From the NCBI RefSeq assembly GCF_009914755.1, contig NC_060929.1: a stretch of DNA of 64,000 bases. One strand, written 5' to 3'. Source of the stretch: the human T2T-CHM13v2.0 reference genome, Homo sapiens. The notes under the pieces were generated by a model. The model was not told the origin of the DNA and searched no databases. It saw only the letters and a program-made list of their open reading frames with translations. This document shows, piece after piece, positions 15,501-28,600 of this stretch (position 1 is its first letter; each line of letters starts with the position of its first letter). The position numbers and the translations under genes were made by a program.

Positions 15501-18500
15501 TTCTTCTCAGAGAGTTAAATCTTTCTTTTGATTGAGCAGTTTGGAAACACTGTTTTTGTATAATCTGCAAAGTGACGTTTGGTAGTAATAATAGGCCTAT
15601 GGTGAACAAGGAAATATCTTCAGATAGTAATTGGAAAGAAGCTTTCTGAGACACAGATTTGTGATGTGTGCATTCATTTAACAGCGTTAAATTTTTTCTT
15701 TAGTGGAGCTGTCTGGAAACAACCTTTTGGCAGAATCTACAATGGGTTATTTTGGAGCGCATTGAAGCCTACAGTGAAAAAGGAAATATATCCAGATAAA
15801 AAGCAGAAAGAAGCTTTAAGAGAAACTGCTTTGGGATGTGTGCACTCATCTCACAGAGTTAAAACTTTGTTTTGATTCAGCAGTTTCGATACACTGTTTT
15901 GGTGGAATCTGTGAAGGGATATTTGTCAGCACACTGAGGCCTATGTTGAAAAAGGAAATAACTTCAGATAAAAACTAGAAAGATGCTTTCTCAGATAATA
16001 CCCTGTGAAGTGTGATTTTTTTCACAGAATTATACCTGTTTTTTGATTGAGCAGCTTGGAACACTGTTTTTGTAGGGTCTGCAAAGGGATATTTGGGAGC
16101 TCATTGAAGCCTACGGTGAAATAGGAAATATCTTCAGATAAAAACTGGAAAGAAGCATTATAAGAAACTGCTTTCTGATGTGTGCGTCCATCTCACAGAG
16201 TTAAGTCCTTCTTTAGATGGAATAGTGTTTAATCACTGTTTTTGTAGAATCTACGAAGCTATATTTGGGAGGGCATTGAGTCCTATGGTGGAAAATAAAA
16301 TACCTTCAGAGAAGAATAATACAGAAGCATTCTGAGAAACTGCTTTGAGATGTGTGCATTCATTTCACAGTGTTAAACGTATTTTTTGATTGATCACTTT
16401 GGAAACACTGCTTTTGTAGAATCTGAATCTGTGAAGGGATATTTGGGAGTGCACAATGCCTATTTTGAAAAAAGAAATAACTTCAGATGAAAACTAGGAG
16501 GAAGATTTTTGAAAAACTGCTTTGGGATGTCTGCATTCATCTCACAGAGTTAAGTCTTTCTTTTCATTGAGCAATTTGGAAACACTGTTTTTGTAGAATC
16601 GGCAAGGGTATATTTGTGAGTGCTATGAGGCCTAGGTTGAAAAGGAAATATCTTCACATAAAAACTAGAAAGAAGCTTTTAGAGAAACTGTTTTGTGAAG
16701 TGTGCATTCAACTCACAGAGTTAAACATGTTTTTTGATTGAGCAGTTTGGAAACACTGTTTTTGTAGAATCTCAGACAGGATAACAGGTAGATTATTGAG
16801 GCCTATGGCAATAAAGAAAACATCATCTCCATATAAAAACTAGGAAGAATCTTTTTGGGAAACTGCTTTGTGATGTGTTCCTTCATCTCACAAAGTTAAA
16901 CCTTTCTTTTGATTCAGAAGTTTGGAAACAGTTTTTTGTAGAATCTGCAGATGGATATCTGTGAGCGGTTTGAGGCCTGTGGTGAAAAAAGAAATATATT
17001 CACATAAAAACTAGACAGAAGCTTTCTGAGAAACTTCTTTGTGATGTATGCTTTCATCTCACAGAGTTGAACCTTTGTTTTGATTGAGCAGTTTGGAAAC
17101 AGTCTTTTTGTAGATTCTGCAGAGGGATATTTGTGAGCAGTTTGAAGGCCTATGGTGAAAAAGGAAATATCTTCACATAAAAACTAGACAGAAGCTTTTT
17201 GAGAAACTTCTTTGTGTTGTGTGCATTCATCTCACAGAGTTGAAGTTTTCTTTTGATTGAGCAGTTTGGAAACAGTCTTTTTGTACAATCTGCAAAGGGA
17301 TATTTCTGAGCAGTTTGAGGTCTATGGTGAAAAAGAAATATCTTCAGATAAAAACTAGACAGAAGCATTCTGAGAAACTTCTTTGTGATCTGTGCATTCT
17401 TCTCACAGAATTAAACGTTTTTGTTTTGTTTGAGCAGTTTGGAAACACTATTTTTGTAGAAACTGCAAAGGGATATGTGGGAGTGCAATGATGCATATGG
17501 TGAAATAGGAAATATCTTCAGATAAAGACTGGAAAGAAATCCTTTGAGAAGTTGTTTTGTGATGCATGCATTCATCTCACCGAGTTATACTTTTCTTTTG
17601 ACTGAGCAATTTGGAAACAATATTTTTGTGTAATCTGTGAAGTGATGTTAAATAGTGCAAAAAGGCCTATGGCAAACAAGGAATTATCTTCAGATAAAAA
17701 CTGGAGTGACGCAGTATGAAAAACTGCTTTCTGATGTGTGCATTCATCTCACAGAGTTAAATCCTTCTTTTGATGGAACTGTTAAGAAACACTGTTTTTA
17801 TAGAATCTGTGAAGGGATATTAGGGACCACTTTGAGACCTTTGGTGGAAAAGGGAATGTCATCAGACAAGAGCTAGACAGAAGTTATCTGAGAAACTGCT
17901 TTTTGATGTGTGCATTCTTCTCACAGAGTTAAACCTTTCTGTTGATTGAGCAGTGTGGAAAAACTGTTTTTGTAGAATCTTCAAAGGTATATTTGGGGGC
18001 ACACCGAGGCCTCTGGTGAAAAAGAAAATATCTTTGGATAAAAACAGGAAAGAAAGTTTTGAGAACTGCTTTGTGATCTGCGCATTCATCTCACAGAGTT
18101 AAACCTTTCTTTTTGATTGATCATTTTGGAGACTCTTTTTGTAGAATATTTGAGGGGATATTTGGAGTGTGCAATGACTATGTTAAAAAAGGAAATCACT
18201 TCAGATATAAACGAGAAAGAAGCTTTGTGAGAAACCACTTTGTGATGTGTGCATTCTTCTCACAGAATTAAATATTCCTTTTGATTGAGCAGTTTCAAAA
18301 CACTGCTTTTGTAGAAACTGCAAAGGGATATTTGGGAGCACATTGATGCCTATGGTGAAAAGGAAATGACTTCAGATCAAAACTAGAAAGAAGCTTTTTG
18401 AGAAACCGTTTGTGATGTATTCATTCATCTCACAGAGTTAAACTTTTCTTTTCATGGAGCAGTTTGGAAACACTCTTTTTGTATAATCTGTGAAGCATTG

Positions 18501-21500
18501 TTAAGTAACACAAAAAGGCCTATTGTGAACAAGGAAATATCTTCAGATAAAAACTGGAAAGAATCATTATGAGAAACTGATATCAGATGTATGCATTCAT
18601 TGCACAGAGTTAAATCCTTCTTTTGATGGTACAGTTTAGAAACACTGTTTTTGTAGAATTGGCAAAGCGATATTTGGTAGTGCATTAAGGCCTATGATGG
18701 AAAAGGAAATAACTTCAGAGGAGAACTAGACAGAAGTTTTCTGAGAAACTGCTTTGTGATGTGTGCATTCTTCTAAGATAGTTAAAACTTTGTTTTGATT
18801 GAGTAGATTGGAAACACTGTTTTTGTAGAACCTGCAAAGGGATGTTTGGGAGCATGAAATGCCTATGGTGAAAAAGGAAATAACTTCAGATAAAAGCTAG
18901 AAAGAAGCTTTCTGAGAAACCACTTTGTGATTTGTGCATTCATCTCACAGAGTTAAAACTATCTTTTGATTGAGCAGTTTGGAAACACTGTTTTTGAGAA
19001 TCTGCAAAAGTATATTTCAGAATTCACTGAGGCCTATGGTGAAAAGGAAATATCTTCAGATTAAAGTAGAAAAAAGCTTTTCAGAAACTGCTTTGTGATG
19101 TGGGCATTTGACTCACAGAGTTAAAGCAGCTTTTTCATTGAGCAGTTTGGAAACACTGTTTGTGTAGAATCTGCAAAAGTATGTTTCAGAATGCACTGAG
19201 GCCTAGGTTGAAAAGGAAATATCTTTGGATTAAACTAGCAAGAAGATTTTTAAGAAACTGTTTTGGGATGTGGACATTCAGCTCACAGAGTTAAAAGAGT
19301 TTTTTCATTGAGCAGTTTGGAAACACTGTTTTTGTAGAATCTGTGATGGGATATTTGGGAGTGCATTGAATCCTATGGTGATAAAGGAAATATCTTCAGA
19401 TAAAAACTAGAAAGAAGCCTTTTTAGAAACTGCTTTGTGATATGTGCATTCGTCTCACAGAGTTAAACCTTTCTTTTAACTAAGCAGTTTGGAAACACTG
19501 TTTTCTCAATAATTGCGAAGCTGTATCAGGTAGCACAAAAAAGCCTATGATGAACAAGGAAATATCTTCAGATAAAAACTGGAAAGAAGCGTTATGAGAA
19601 CCTGCTTTCTGATGTGTCCGTTCATCTCAGACTGCTAAGTCATTCTTCCAATGGAACAGTTTGGAAAGACTGTTTTTGCAGCATCTGCAAAGGGATCTTT
19701 GGGAGCACATTGAGGCTTAAGGTGGAAAAGGAAATATCTTCAGAGAACAGCCAGACAGAAGCTTTCTGAGAAACTGCGTTGTGATGTGGGCATTCGTCTC
19801 ACAGAGTTAAAGCAGTTTTTCTCATTGAGCAGTTTTGAAACACTGCTTTTGTAGAATCTGTGATGGGATATTTGGGAGTGCATTGAAGCCTATGGTGATA
19901 AAGGAAATATCTTCAAAGAAGAACTAGACAGAAGCTCTCTGAGAAACTGCATTTTGATGTGTGCATTTGTCTCACAGAGTTAAACCTTTCTTTTGATTGA
20001 GGAGTTTGGAAACACTGTTTTTGTAGAATCTGTGAAGGGATATTTGAGAGTGCACTGATGCCTATGGTGAAAAAGGAAATATCTTAAGATAAAAACTAGA
20101 ATAAGCTTTTTGAGAAACTGCTTTGTGATGAGTGCATTCATCTCACAGAGTTAAACATTTCTTTTGATTGTTCAGTTTTGAAACACTGTTTCTGTAGAAT
20201 CTCTGAAGGGATATTTTGGTGTGCACATGGCCTATGGTGAAAAAGGAAATAACTTCAGATAAAAACTAGAAAGAGGCTTTGTGAGAAACTGCTTTGTGAA
20301 GAATACATTCTTCTCACAGATTTAAACATTTCTTTTGATTGAGCAGTTTGGAAGCACGGTTTACATAGAATCTGCAAAGGGATATTTGGGAGTGCATAGA
20401 TGCCTACGGTGAAAAAGGAAATATGTTCGGGTAAAAACCAGAAAGAAGGTTTTGAGAAGCTGCTTTGTGATATATGCATTCATTTCACAGAGTTAAATTT
20501 TTCATTTGACTGAGCAGCTTGGAAACACTCTTTTTGTATTACCTGTGAAACAATGTTCCATAGCACAAAAAGGTCTATGGTGGAAAGGAAAATTTCTTCA
20601 GATACATTATGAGAAACGGCTTTCTGATGTGTGCATTCATCTCAGAGAGCTAAATTCTTCTTTTTATGGAACAGTTTGGAAACACTGTTTTTAGAGAATC
20701 TGAGAAGTGATATTTGGGAGCGCTTTGAGGCCTATCATGGAAATATCTTCAGAGGATAACTAGACAGAAGCTATCTCAGAAACTGCATTGTGATGTGTGT
20801 GTTCGACACACAGAGTTAAACCTGGTTTTTGAATGAGCAGTCTGGAAACACTGTTTTTGGGGAAACTGCAATGGGACATTTGAAAGCCCAGTTAAGCCTA
20901 TGGTGGAAAAGGAAATATCTTTGGATATAAACTAGAAAGAAATTTTTTCAGTAACTGCTTTGTGATGTGTGCATTCATCTTGCAAAGTTAAAACTTTCTT
21001 TTGACTGAGCAGTTTGGAAACACTGTGTTTGTATAATCTGCAGAGCGATATTATTTAGTGCAAAAATGCCTATGTTGATAAAGAAATATCTTCAGATAAA
21101 AACTGGAAAGAAGCGTTATGAGAAACTGCTTTTGGATGTGTGCATTCATCTCATAGAGTTAAGTCCTTCTTTTGATGTAACAGTTTGGAAAACCTGTTTT
21201 TGTAGAATCTGCAAATGTATATTTGGGAGTGCTTTTGAGGCCTATGGTGGAAAAGGAAATATCTTCAGAGAAGAAATAGAAGCTTTCTGAGAAACTGTTT
21301 TGGGATGTGTGCATTCATCTCACAGGGTTAAACCTTTCTATTAACTAAGCAGTTTTGAAACATTTTCTTGTGTAGATTATGCGAAGGGATATTTGGGAAT
21401 GAATTGTATTAAAGCTTATGGTGATAAAGGAAAAATCTTCAGATTGAAAACTAGAAAGAAGCCTTTTGAGAAATTGCTTTGTGATGTGTGCATTCATCTC

Positions 21501-24500
21501 ACCTAGTTAAACCTTTCTTTTGATAGAGTAGTTTAGAAACACTGTTTTTGTATAACCTACGAAGTGACTTTTTGTAGTGCAAAGAAGTCTATGTTGAAAA
21601 AGGAAATATCTTTGGATAAAAACTACAGAGAAGCTTTCTGAGAAACTTCTATCAATGACTGCATTCATCTCACAGAAGTAAAACTTTCTTTTGATTGATC
21701 AGTTTGGAAACACTGTTTTTGAAGAATCTGCGAAGGCATATTTGGGAGACTTTGAGGCCTATGGTGAAAAAGGAAATAGCTTCTGATAAAAATTAGAAAG
21801 AAGCTCTCTGAGAAACTGCTTTATGATGTGTGCATTCTTCTCACAGACTTAAACATTTCTTTTGATACAGCAGTTTGAAAACACTGTTTTTGTAGAATCT
21901 GCAAAGGGATATTTGGGAGTGCACTGACACCTAAGATGAAATAGGAAATATCTTCCAAGAAAAACTTGAAAGAAGATTTTTGAGAAACTACTTTGCGATG
22001 TGTGTGTTTAGCTCACAGAGTTAAACCCGGTTTTTCACTGAGCAGTTTGGAAACACTGTTATTGGAGAATCTGCAAAGGGATATCTGGGAATGCATTGAA
22101 GCCTAGGACGATAAGGAAATATCTTTGTTTAAAAACTAGAAAGAAGATTTTTGAGAAAATGCTTTGACATGTGTGCAATCATCTCAAAGAGTTAAGTCCT
22201 TCTTTTGATGGAACAGATTGGAAACACTGTTTTTGTAGAATCTGTGAAGGGATACTTGGGAGTGCCCATGGCCTATGGTGAAAAGGAAATATCTTCAGAT
22301 AAAAACTAGGAAGAAGCATTTTGAGAAACTGCTTTGCGATGTGTGCATTAAACTCAAAGAGTTAAACTTGTTTTTTGATTGAGCAGCTTGGAAACACACT
22401 TTTCGTAGAATCTGCAGTAGGATATTTGGGAGTGTTTTGAAGCCAGTGGTGAAGAAGAAAATATATCTTTGTATGAAAACTAGAAAGAAGCTTTTAAAGA
22501 AACTGCCTTATGATGTTTGAATTCATCTCAGAGAGGTAAACCTTTCTTTTGACTGAGCAGTTTGGAAACACTCTTTTTGTAAAATCTGTGAAGTGATATT
22601 AGGTAGCACAAAAAAGCCTATGGTGAAAAAGGAAATATCTTCAGATAAAAACTGTAAAGAACGGTTATGAAAAACTACTTTCTGATGTGTGCATTCATCT
22701 CACAGGGTTAAGTCTTTCTTTTGATGGAACAGTCTGGAAACACTGTTTTTGTAGAATGTATGAAGGGATATTTGGGAGTGCAATGAGGCCTATTGTGGAA
22801 AAGGAAATATCTTCAGAAAAGAACTAGACAGAAGCTCTCTGAGAAAGTGCATTGTGATGTGTGCATTCATCTCACAGAGTTAAACTTTCTTTTGATTGAC
22901 CTGTTTGGAAACATTGTTTTCATAGAATCTGGGAAGGGATATTTGGGGATCGAGTAAAGCCTATGATGAAAAAGGGAATATATTTCGATAAAAACTAGAA
23001 AGAAGATTTTTGAGAAACTGCTTTTTTATGTCTGCATTCATCTCAGAGAGGTAAACCTTTCTTTTGACTGAGCAGTTTGGAAACACTGTTTTTATCAAAT
23101 TTGCAAAGGGCTATTTGGGAGCACATGAGGCTGAAGGTGGAAAAGGAAATAACTTCAGATAAAAACTAGAAACATTCTTAGAAACCACTTTTTGTTGTGT
23201 GCATTTTTCTCACAAAGATAGATTTTTCTTTTGCTTAAGCAGTTTGGAAACAGTGTTTTTGTAGAATATGCAAAGGGATATTTGGGAGTCCACAGGTGCC
23301 TAAGGTGAAAAAGGAAATATCTTCAGATAAAAACTAGAAAGAAAAGTTTTGAGAAACTGTTTTGTGATGTATGCATTCATATCACAGAGTTAAACTTTCC
23401 TTTGGTTGAGCAGTTTGGAAACACCGTTTTTGTAGAATCTGCCAGGGTATATTTGGGAGCAAACTGAGGCCTATTGTGAAAAATGAAATATTTTTGGATA
23501 AACACTAGAAACAAGCTTTTTGAGGAACGGCTTTGTTGTGTGTCCATTCAACTCAGAGTTAAACCTGTTTTTTGATTGAGCAATTTGGAAATGCTTTAAT
23601 TGTAGAATCTGCAATGGGGTATTTGGGAGCACATTGAAGCCTACAGTGATAAAGTAAATACCTTTGGATAAAAACTAGAAAGGAGTTTTTTCAGAAACTG
23701 CTTTGTGATGTGTGCATTCATCTCACAGAATTAAACCTTTCTTTTGACTGAGCAGTTTGGAAACCCTGTTTTTACAAAATCTGCAAAGTGATGTTAGGTA
23801 GCGCAAAGGCCTATGTTGAACAGGAAAATATCTTCAGATAAAACTTGGAAAGACACATTATGAGAAACTGCTTTCTTATGTATGTGTTCATCTCACAGAG
23901 TTAAACCTTTGTGTTGATTGAGCAGTTCAGAAACACTCTTTTGTAGAATCTGGGAAGGGATATTTGGGAGCTCACGTAGCTTACAGTGAAAAAGGAAATA
24001 TCTTCGGGTAAAAAGTAGACAGAAGCTCTTTGAGAAACTGCTTTGTAATGTCTGCATTCAACTCACAGATTTATACCTGTTTTTTATTGAGCAGTTTGGA
24101 AACACTGTTTTTGCAGAATTTGAGCAGGGATATTTTGGAGTGCGTTGAAGCCTATGGTGATAATTGAAATATCTTTGGATAAAAACCAGAAAAAAAGCAT
24201 TTTCAGAAACTGCTTTATGACGTGTGCATTCATCTCAGAGAGTTAAACCATTCTATTGACTGATCAGGTTGGAAACACTGTTTTTGCAAAATCTGTGAAA
24301 CAATATTATGTAGCACAAAAAAGCCTTTAGTGAAAAAGGAAATATCTTCAGATAAAAACTGGAAAGAAGCATTATGAGGAACTGCTTTCTGATGTGTGCC
24401 TTCATCTCGCAGATTTAAGTCCTTCTTTTGATGGAGCAGTTTGGAAACACTGTTTTTGTAGAATGTGTGAAGGAATATTTGGGAGTGCATTTAGGCCTAC

Positions 24501-25247
24501 GGTGGAAAAGGAAGTATACTCAGAGAAGAAGTAGACAGAGGCTTTCCAGGAAGCTGCTTGGTGATGTGTGCATTCATCTCACAGAGTTAAACCTTTCTTT
24601 TGAAAGAGCAGTTTCAAAACACTGTTTTTCTAGAATCTGTAAAGTTATACTTTGGTGCACGTGGTGTCTTATGTTGAAAAAGTAAAAATCATTCGATAAA
24701 AAATAGAAAGAAGATTTTTGAGAAAGTGCTTTGTGATGTGTGCATTCAACTCATGACTTTAAACCTGTTTTTTGATTAAGCAGTTTGGAAACATGTTTTT
24801 TTAGAATCTGTGATGGGATATTTTGGAGCTCATTGAAACCTATGGTGATAAAGAAAATATCTTCAGATAAAAACGAGAAAAAAAGATTTATGAGAAACTG
24901 TTCTGTGATGCCTGCATTCATCTCACAGAGTTAAACTTTTCTTTTGAAAGACCAGTTTGGAAACACTGTTTTTGTAGAATTTGCGAAGGGATATTTGGAA
25001 GTGCATTGAAGCCTATGGTAAAAAAGAGAATATCTTTGGTTAAAACTAGAAAGAAGCTATTTGAGAAACTGCTTTGTGGTGTGTACATTCATTGCACAAA
25101 GTTAAAACTTTCTTTTGATTGAACAATTTGGAAACACTGTTTTTGTAGTATCTGCAAAGGTATATTTTGGAGCGCAATGAAGCCTATGGTGAAAAGGGAA
25201 ATACCTTTGGATAAAAATTAGAGAGCAGGTTTTTGAGAAACTTCTTT

Positions 25248-25680
25248 TTTTTTCTTCTTTTCTTTGGGAATGCCCTGATTCTTTTATTTTATTTTATTTT
25301 ATTTTATTATTATTATACTTTAAGTTTTAGGGTACATGTGCACAATGTGCAGGTTAGTTACATATGTATACATGTGCTGTGCTGGTGTGCTGCACCCATT
25401 AACTCGTCATTTAGCATTAGGTATATCTCCTAATGCTATCTGGATTAAGAAAATGTGGCACATATACACCATGGAATACTATGCAGCCATAAAAAATGAT
25501 GAGTTCATGTCCTTTCTAGGGACATGGATGAAATTGGAAATCATCATTCTCAGTAAACTATCGCAAGGAGAAAAAAACCAAACACCACATGTTCTCACTC
25601 ATAGGTGGGAATTGAACAGTGAGAACACATGGACACAGGAAGAGAAAGGGAACACCAGAAAGGCTAACATCACACTCTGG
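25248..25680 (-). mobile_element. L1PA3-like LINE-1 3' end, 5'-inverted, 13-bp TSD
   Basis: TSD GAGAAACTTCTTT at 25235-25247 and 25680-25692. (TTTTA)n tail and antisense 3' UTR run to 25440; the oppositely oriented piece 25440-25680 encodes WIKKMWHIYTMEYYAAIK. Confidence 0.92.
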
Positions 25681-28600
25681 AGAAACTTCTTTGTGATGTG
25701 TGCATTCAACTCACAGTGTTAACCCTGTTTTTCATTCAGCAGTTTAGAAAGAGTGTTTTTGTAGAATATGCAAAAGGATATTTGGGAGCGCTTGAGAACT
25801 ATGTTGAGATAAAAACTAGAAAGAAGCTTTCTGAGAAACTGCTTTGTTATGTGTGTCTTCCTCTCACAGAGTTAAGTCCTTCTTTTCATGGAACAGTTTG
25901 GAAACACTGTTTTTGTAGAATATGTGAAGGGGTATTTGGGGGCATATTAAGCCTATGGTGGAAAAGGAAATATCCTCAGAGAAGATGTAGACAGAAGCTT
26001 TCTGCGAACCTGCTTTGTGATGTGTGCATTCATCTCACTAAATTAAAACTTTCTTCTGATTGAGCTGTTTGGAAACAGTATTTTTGTAGAATAAGTGAAG
26101 GCACATTTGGGAGCACATTGATGCCTAGGGTGAAAAAGGAAATATCTTTTAATAAAAACTAGAAAGAAGCCTTTTGAGAAACTTCTATGCAATGTGTGCA
26201 TTCATCTCACAGAGTTAAACCTTTTTTTGGATTGATGAGTTTGGAAACACTGTTTTGGTAGAATCTGTGAAGGGATATTTGGAAGCCCATGAGGCTTATG
26301 GTGAAAAAAGGAATATCTTTGGATAAAAACTGAAAAGGAGTTTTTGAAAAACTGCTTTGTGATCTGTGCATTCAACTCACACAGTTAAAAGTGTTTCTTG
26401 GTTGAGCAGTTTGGACACAGTGTTTTTGTAGACCCTGTGAGGGGATATTTGGGCACACATAGAATCCTATGGTGATAAAGGAAATATCTTCAGAGAAAAA
26501 CTAGAAAGAAGCTTTTTGAGAAGCTGCTTTGTGATGTGTGCATTTATCTCACTGAGTAAAACTTTTCTTTTGACTGAGCAGTTTGGAAAGGCTGTTTTTG
26601 CAAAATCTGCAAAGTGATATTATGTACTACAAAAAAGCATGTGGTGAAAAAGGAAATATCTTCAGATAAAAACTGGAAAGAAGCATTAAGAGAAATTACT
26701 TTCTGATCTGTGCGTTAATCTCACAGAGTTTAGTCCTTCTTTTGATCGAACAATTTGGAAACACTGTTTTTGTAGAATCTGCAAAGGGATATTTTGGAGC
26801 GCATTGGGGTCTATGGTCAAAAAAGGATTATCTACAGATAAAACTAGAAGGAAGATTTTTGAGAAACTGTTTTGTGATAAGTTTGTTCAACTCAGAGAGT
26901 TAAACCTGCTTTTTATTGAGCAGTTTGGAAACAGAGTTTTTGTAGAATCTGTGACAGGAAATTTGGGAGAGTTTTGAAGCCTATAGTGATAAAGGAAATA
27001 TCTTCAGATAATAACCAGAAAGGAGCTTTTTGAGAAACTGATTTGTGATGTATGCATTCATCCCACAGAGTTAAACCTTTCCTTTGACTGAGCAGTTTCA
27101 GAACACTGTTTTTCCAAAAATCTATGAAGCAATATTAGGTAGCGTAAAAAAGCCTATGATGAACAAGAAAATATCTTAAGGTAAAAACTGAAAGGAAGTG
27201 TTATGGGAAACTGCTTTCTGATGTGTGCATTCTTCTCACAGAGTTAAACGTTTCTTTTGATTGAGCAGTTTGGAAACACTTTTTTTGTAGAATTGGCAAA
27301 GGGACATTTGGGAGGGCAATTATGCCTATGGTGAAAAAGGAAATATCTTCATATAAACACTAAAAAGAGCTTTCTGAGAAACTGCTTAGTGATGTCTGCA
27401 TTCATCTCAGAGACTTAAAAAATACTTTTGGTTGAGCAGTTTAGAAACACTGTTTTTGTAGAATCTACAAAGTGATATTTGGGAGTGCATGAGTCCTATG
27501 GTGAAAAAGGAAATATCTTTGGATAAAAACTAGAAAGAAGCTTTTTGAGAAACTGCTTTGTGTTGTGTGTGTTCATCTCACAGAGTTAAAACTTTCTTCT
27601 TACTGAGCAGTTTGGAAACACTGTTTTTGCAAAATCTGCAAAGCAATATTTTGCAGTGCAAAAAAAGCCTATGGTGAAAAAAGAAATGTCTTCAGATAAA
27701 AACTGGAAAAAATCATTATGAGAGACTGCCTTCTGATGTGTGCATTCATCTCAGAGTTAAGGCCTTCTTTCAATGCAACAGTTTGGAAACACTGTTTTTG
27801 TAGAATCTGCAAAGGGATATTTCAGAGTGCATTTAGGCCTATATTGGAAAAGGAAATACCTTCATATAAGAACTACACAGAAGCTTTCTAAGAACTGCTT
27901 TGTGATGTGTGCATTCATCTCACAGAGTTAAAACTTTCTTTTGGTTGAGCATTTAGGAACACTGTTTTGGTACAATCTGCGAGGGAATATTTGGGAGTGC
28001 ATTGAAGAATATGGTGAAAAAGGGAATATCTTTGGATAAAAACTGGAATAATGTATTTGAGAAACTCCTTGGTGATGCTTGCAATCATCTCACAGAGTTA
28101 AATCTTTCTTTTCATGGAGCAGTTTGGAAACACTGTTTTTGTAGAAACTGCAAATGGATATTTGGGAGTGCTTGAGGCCTATGATGAAAAAGGAAATATC
28201 TTCAGATAAAAATTAGAAAGAAACTTCTTGAGAAACTGCTTTGTGTTGTGTGCTTACAACTCACAGAGTTAAAGCTGTTTTTTGATTGAGCAGTTTGGAA
28301 ACACTTTTTGTAGAGTTGGCGATGGGATATTTGGGAGTGCTTTGAAGCATATGGTGATAAAGGAAATAACTTCCAATAAAAAGTAGAAAGAAGCTTTTTC
28401 AGGAACTGCTTTGTGATGTGTGTTTTCATCTCACAGAGTTAAATCCTTCTGTTGATGGAACATTTCAGAAATACTGTTTTAAGAGGGTCTGAGAAGGGAT
28501 ATTTTGGAGCACATTGAGGCTTATGTTGGAAAAAGGAATATCTTCAGATAAGAATTATAGAGAAGCTATCTGAGAAACTACTTTTGTGATGTGTGCATTC

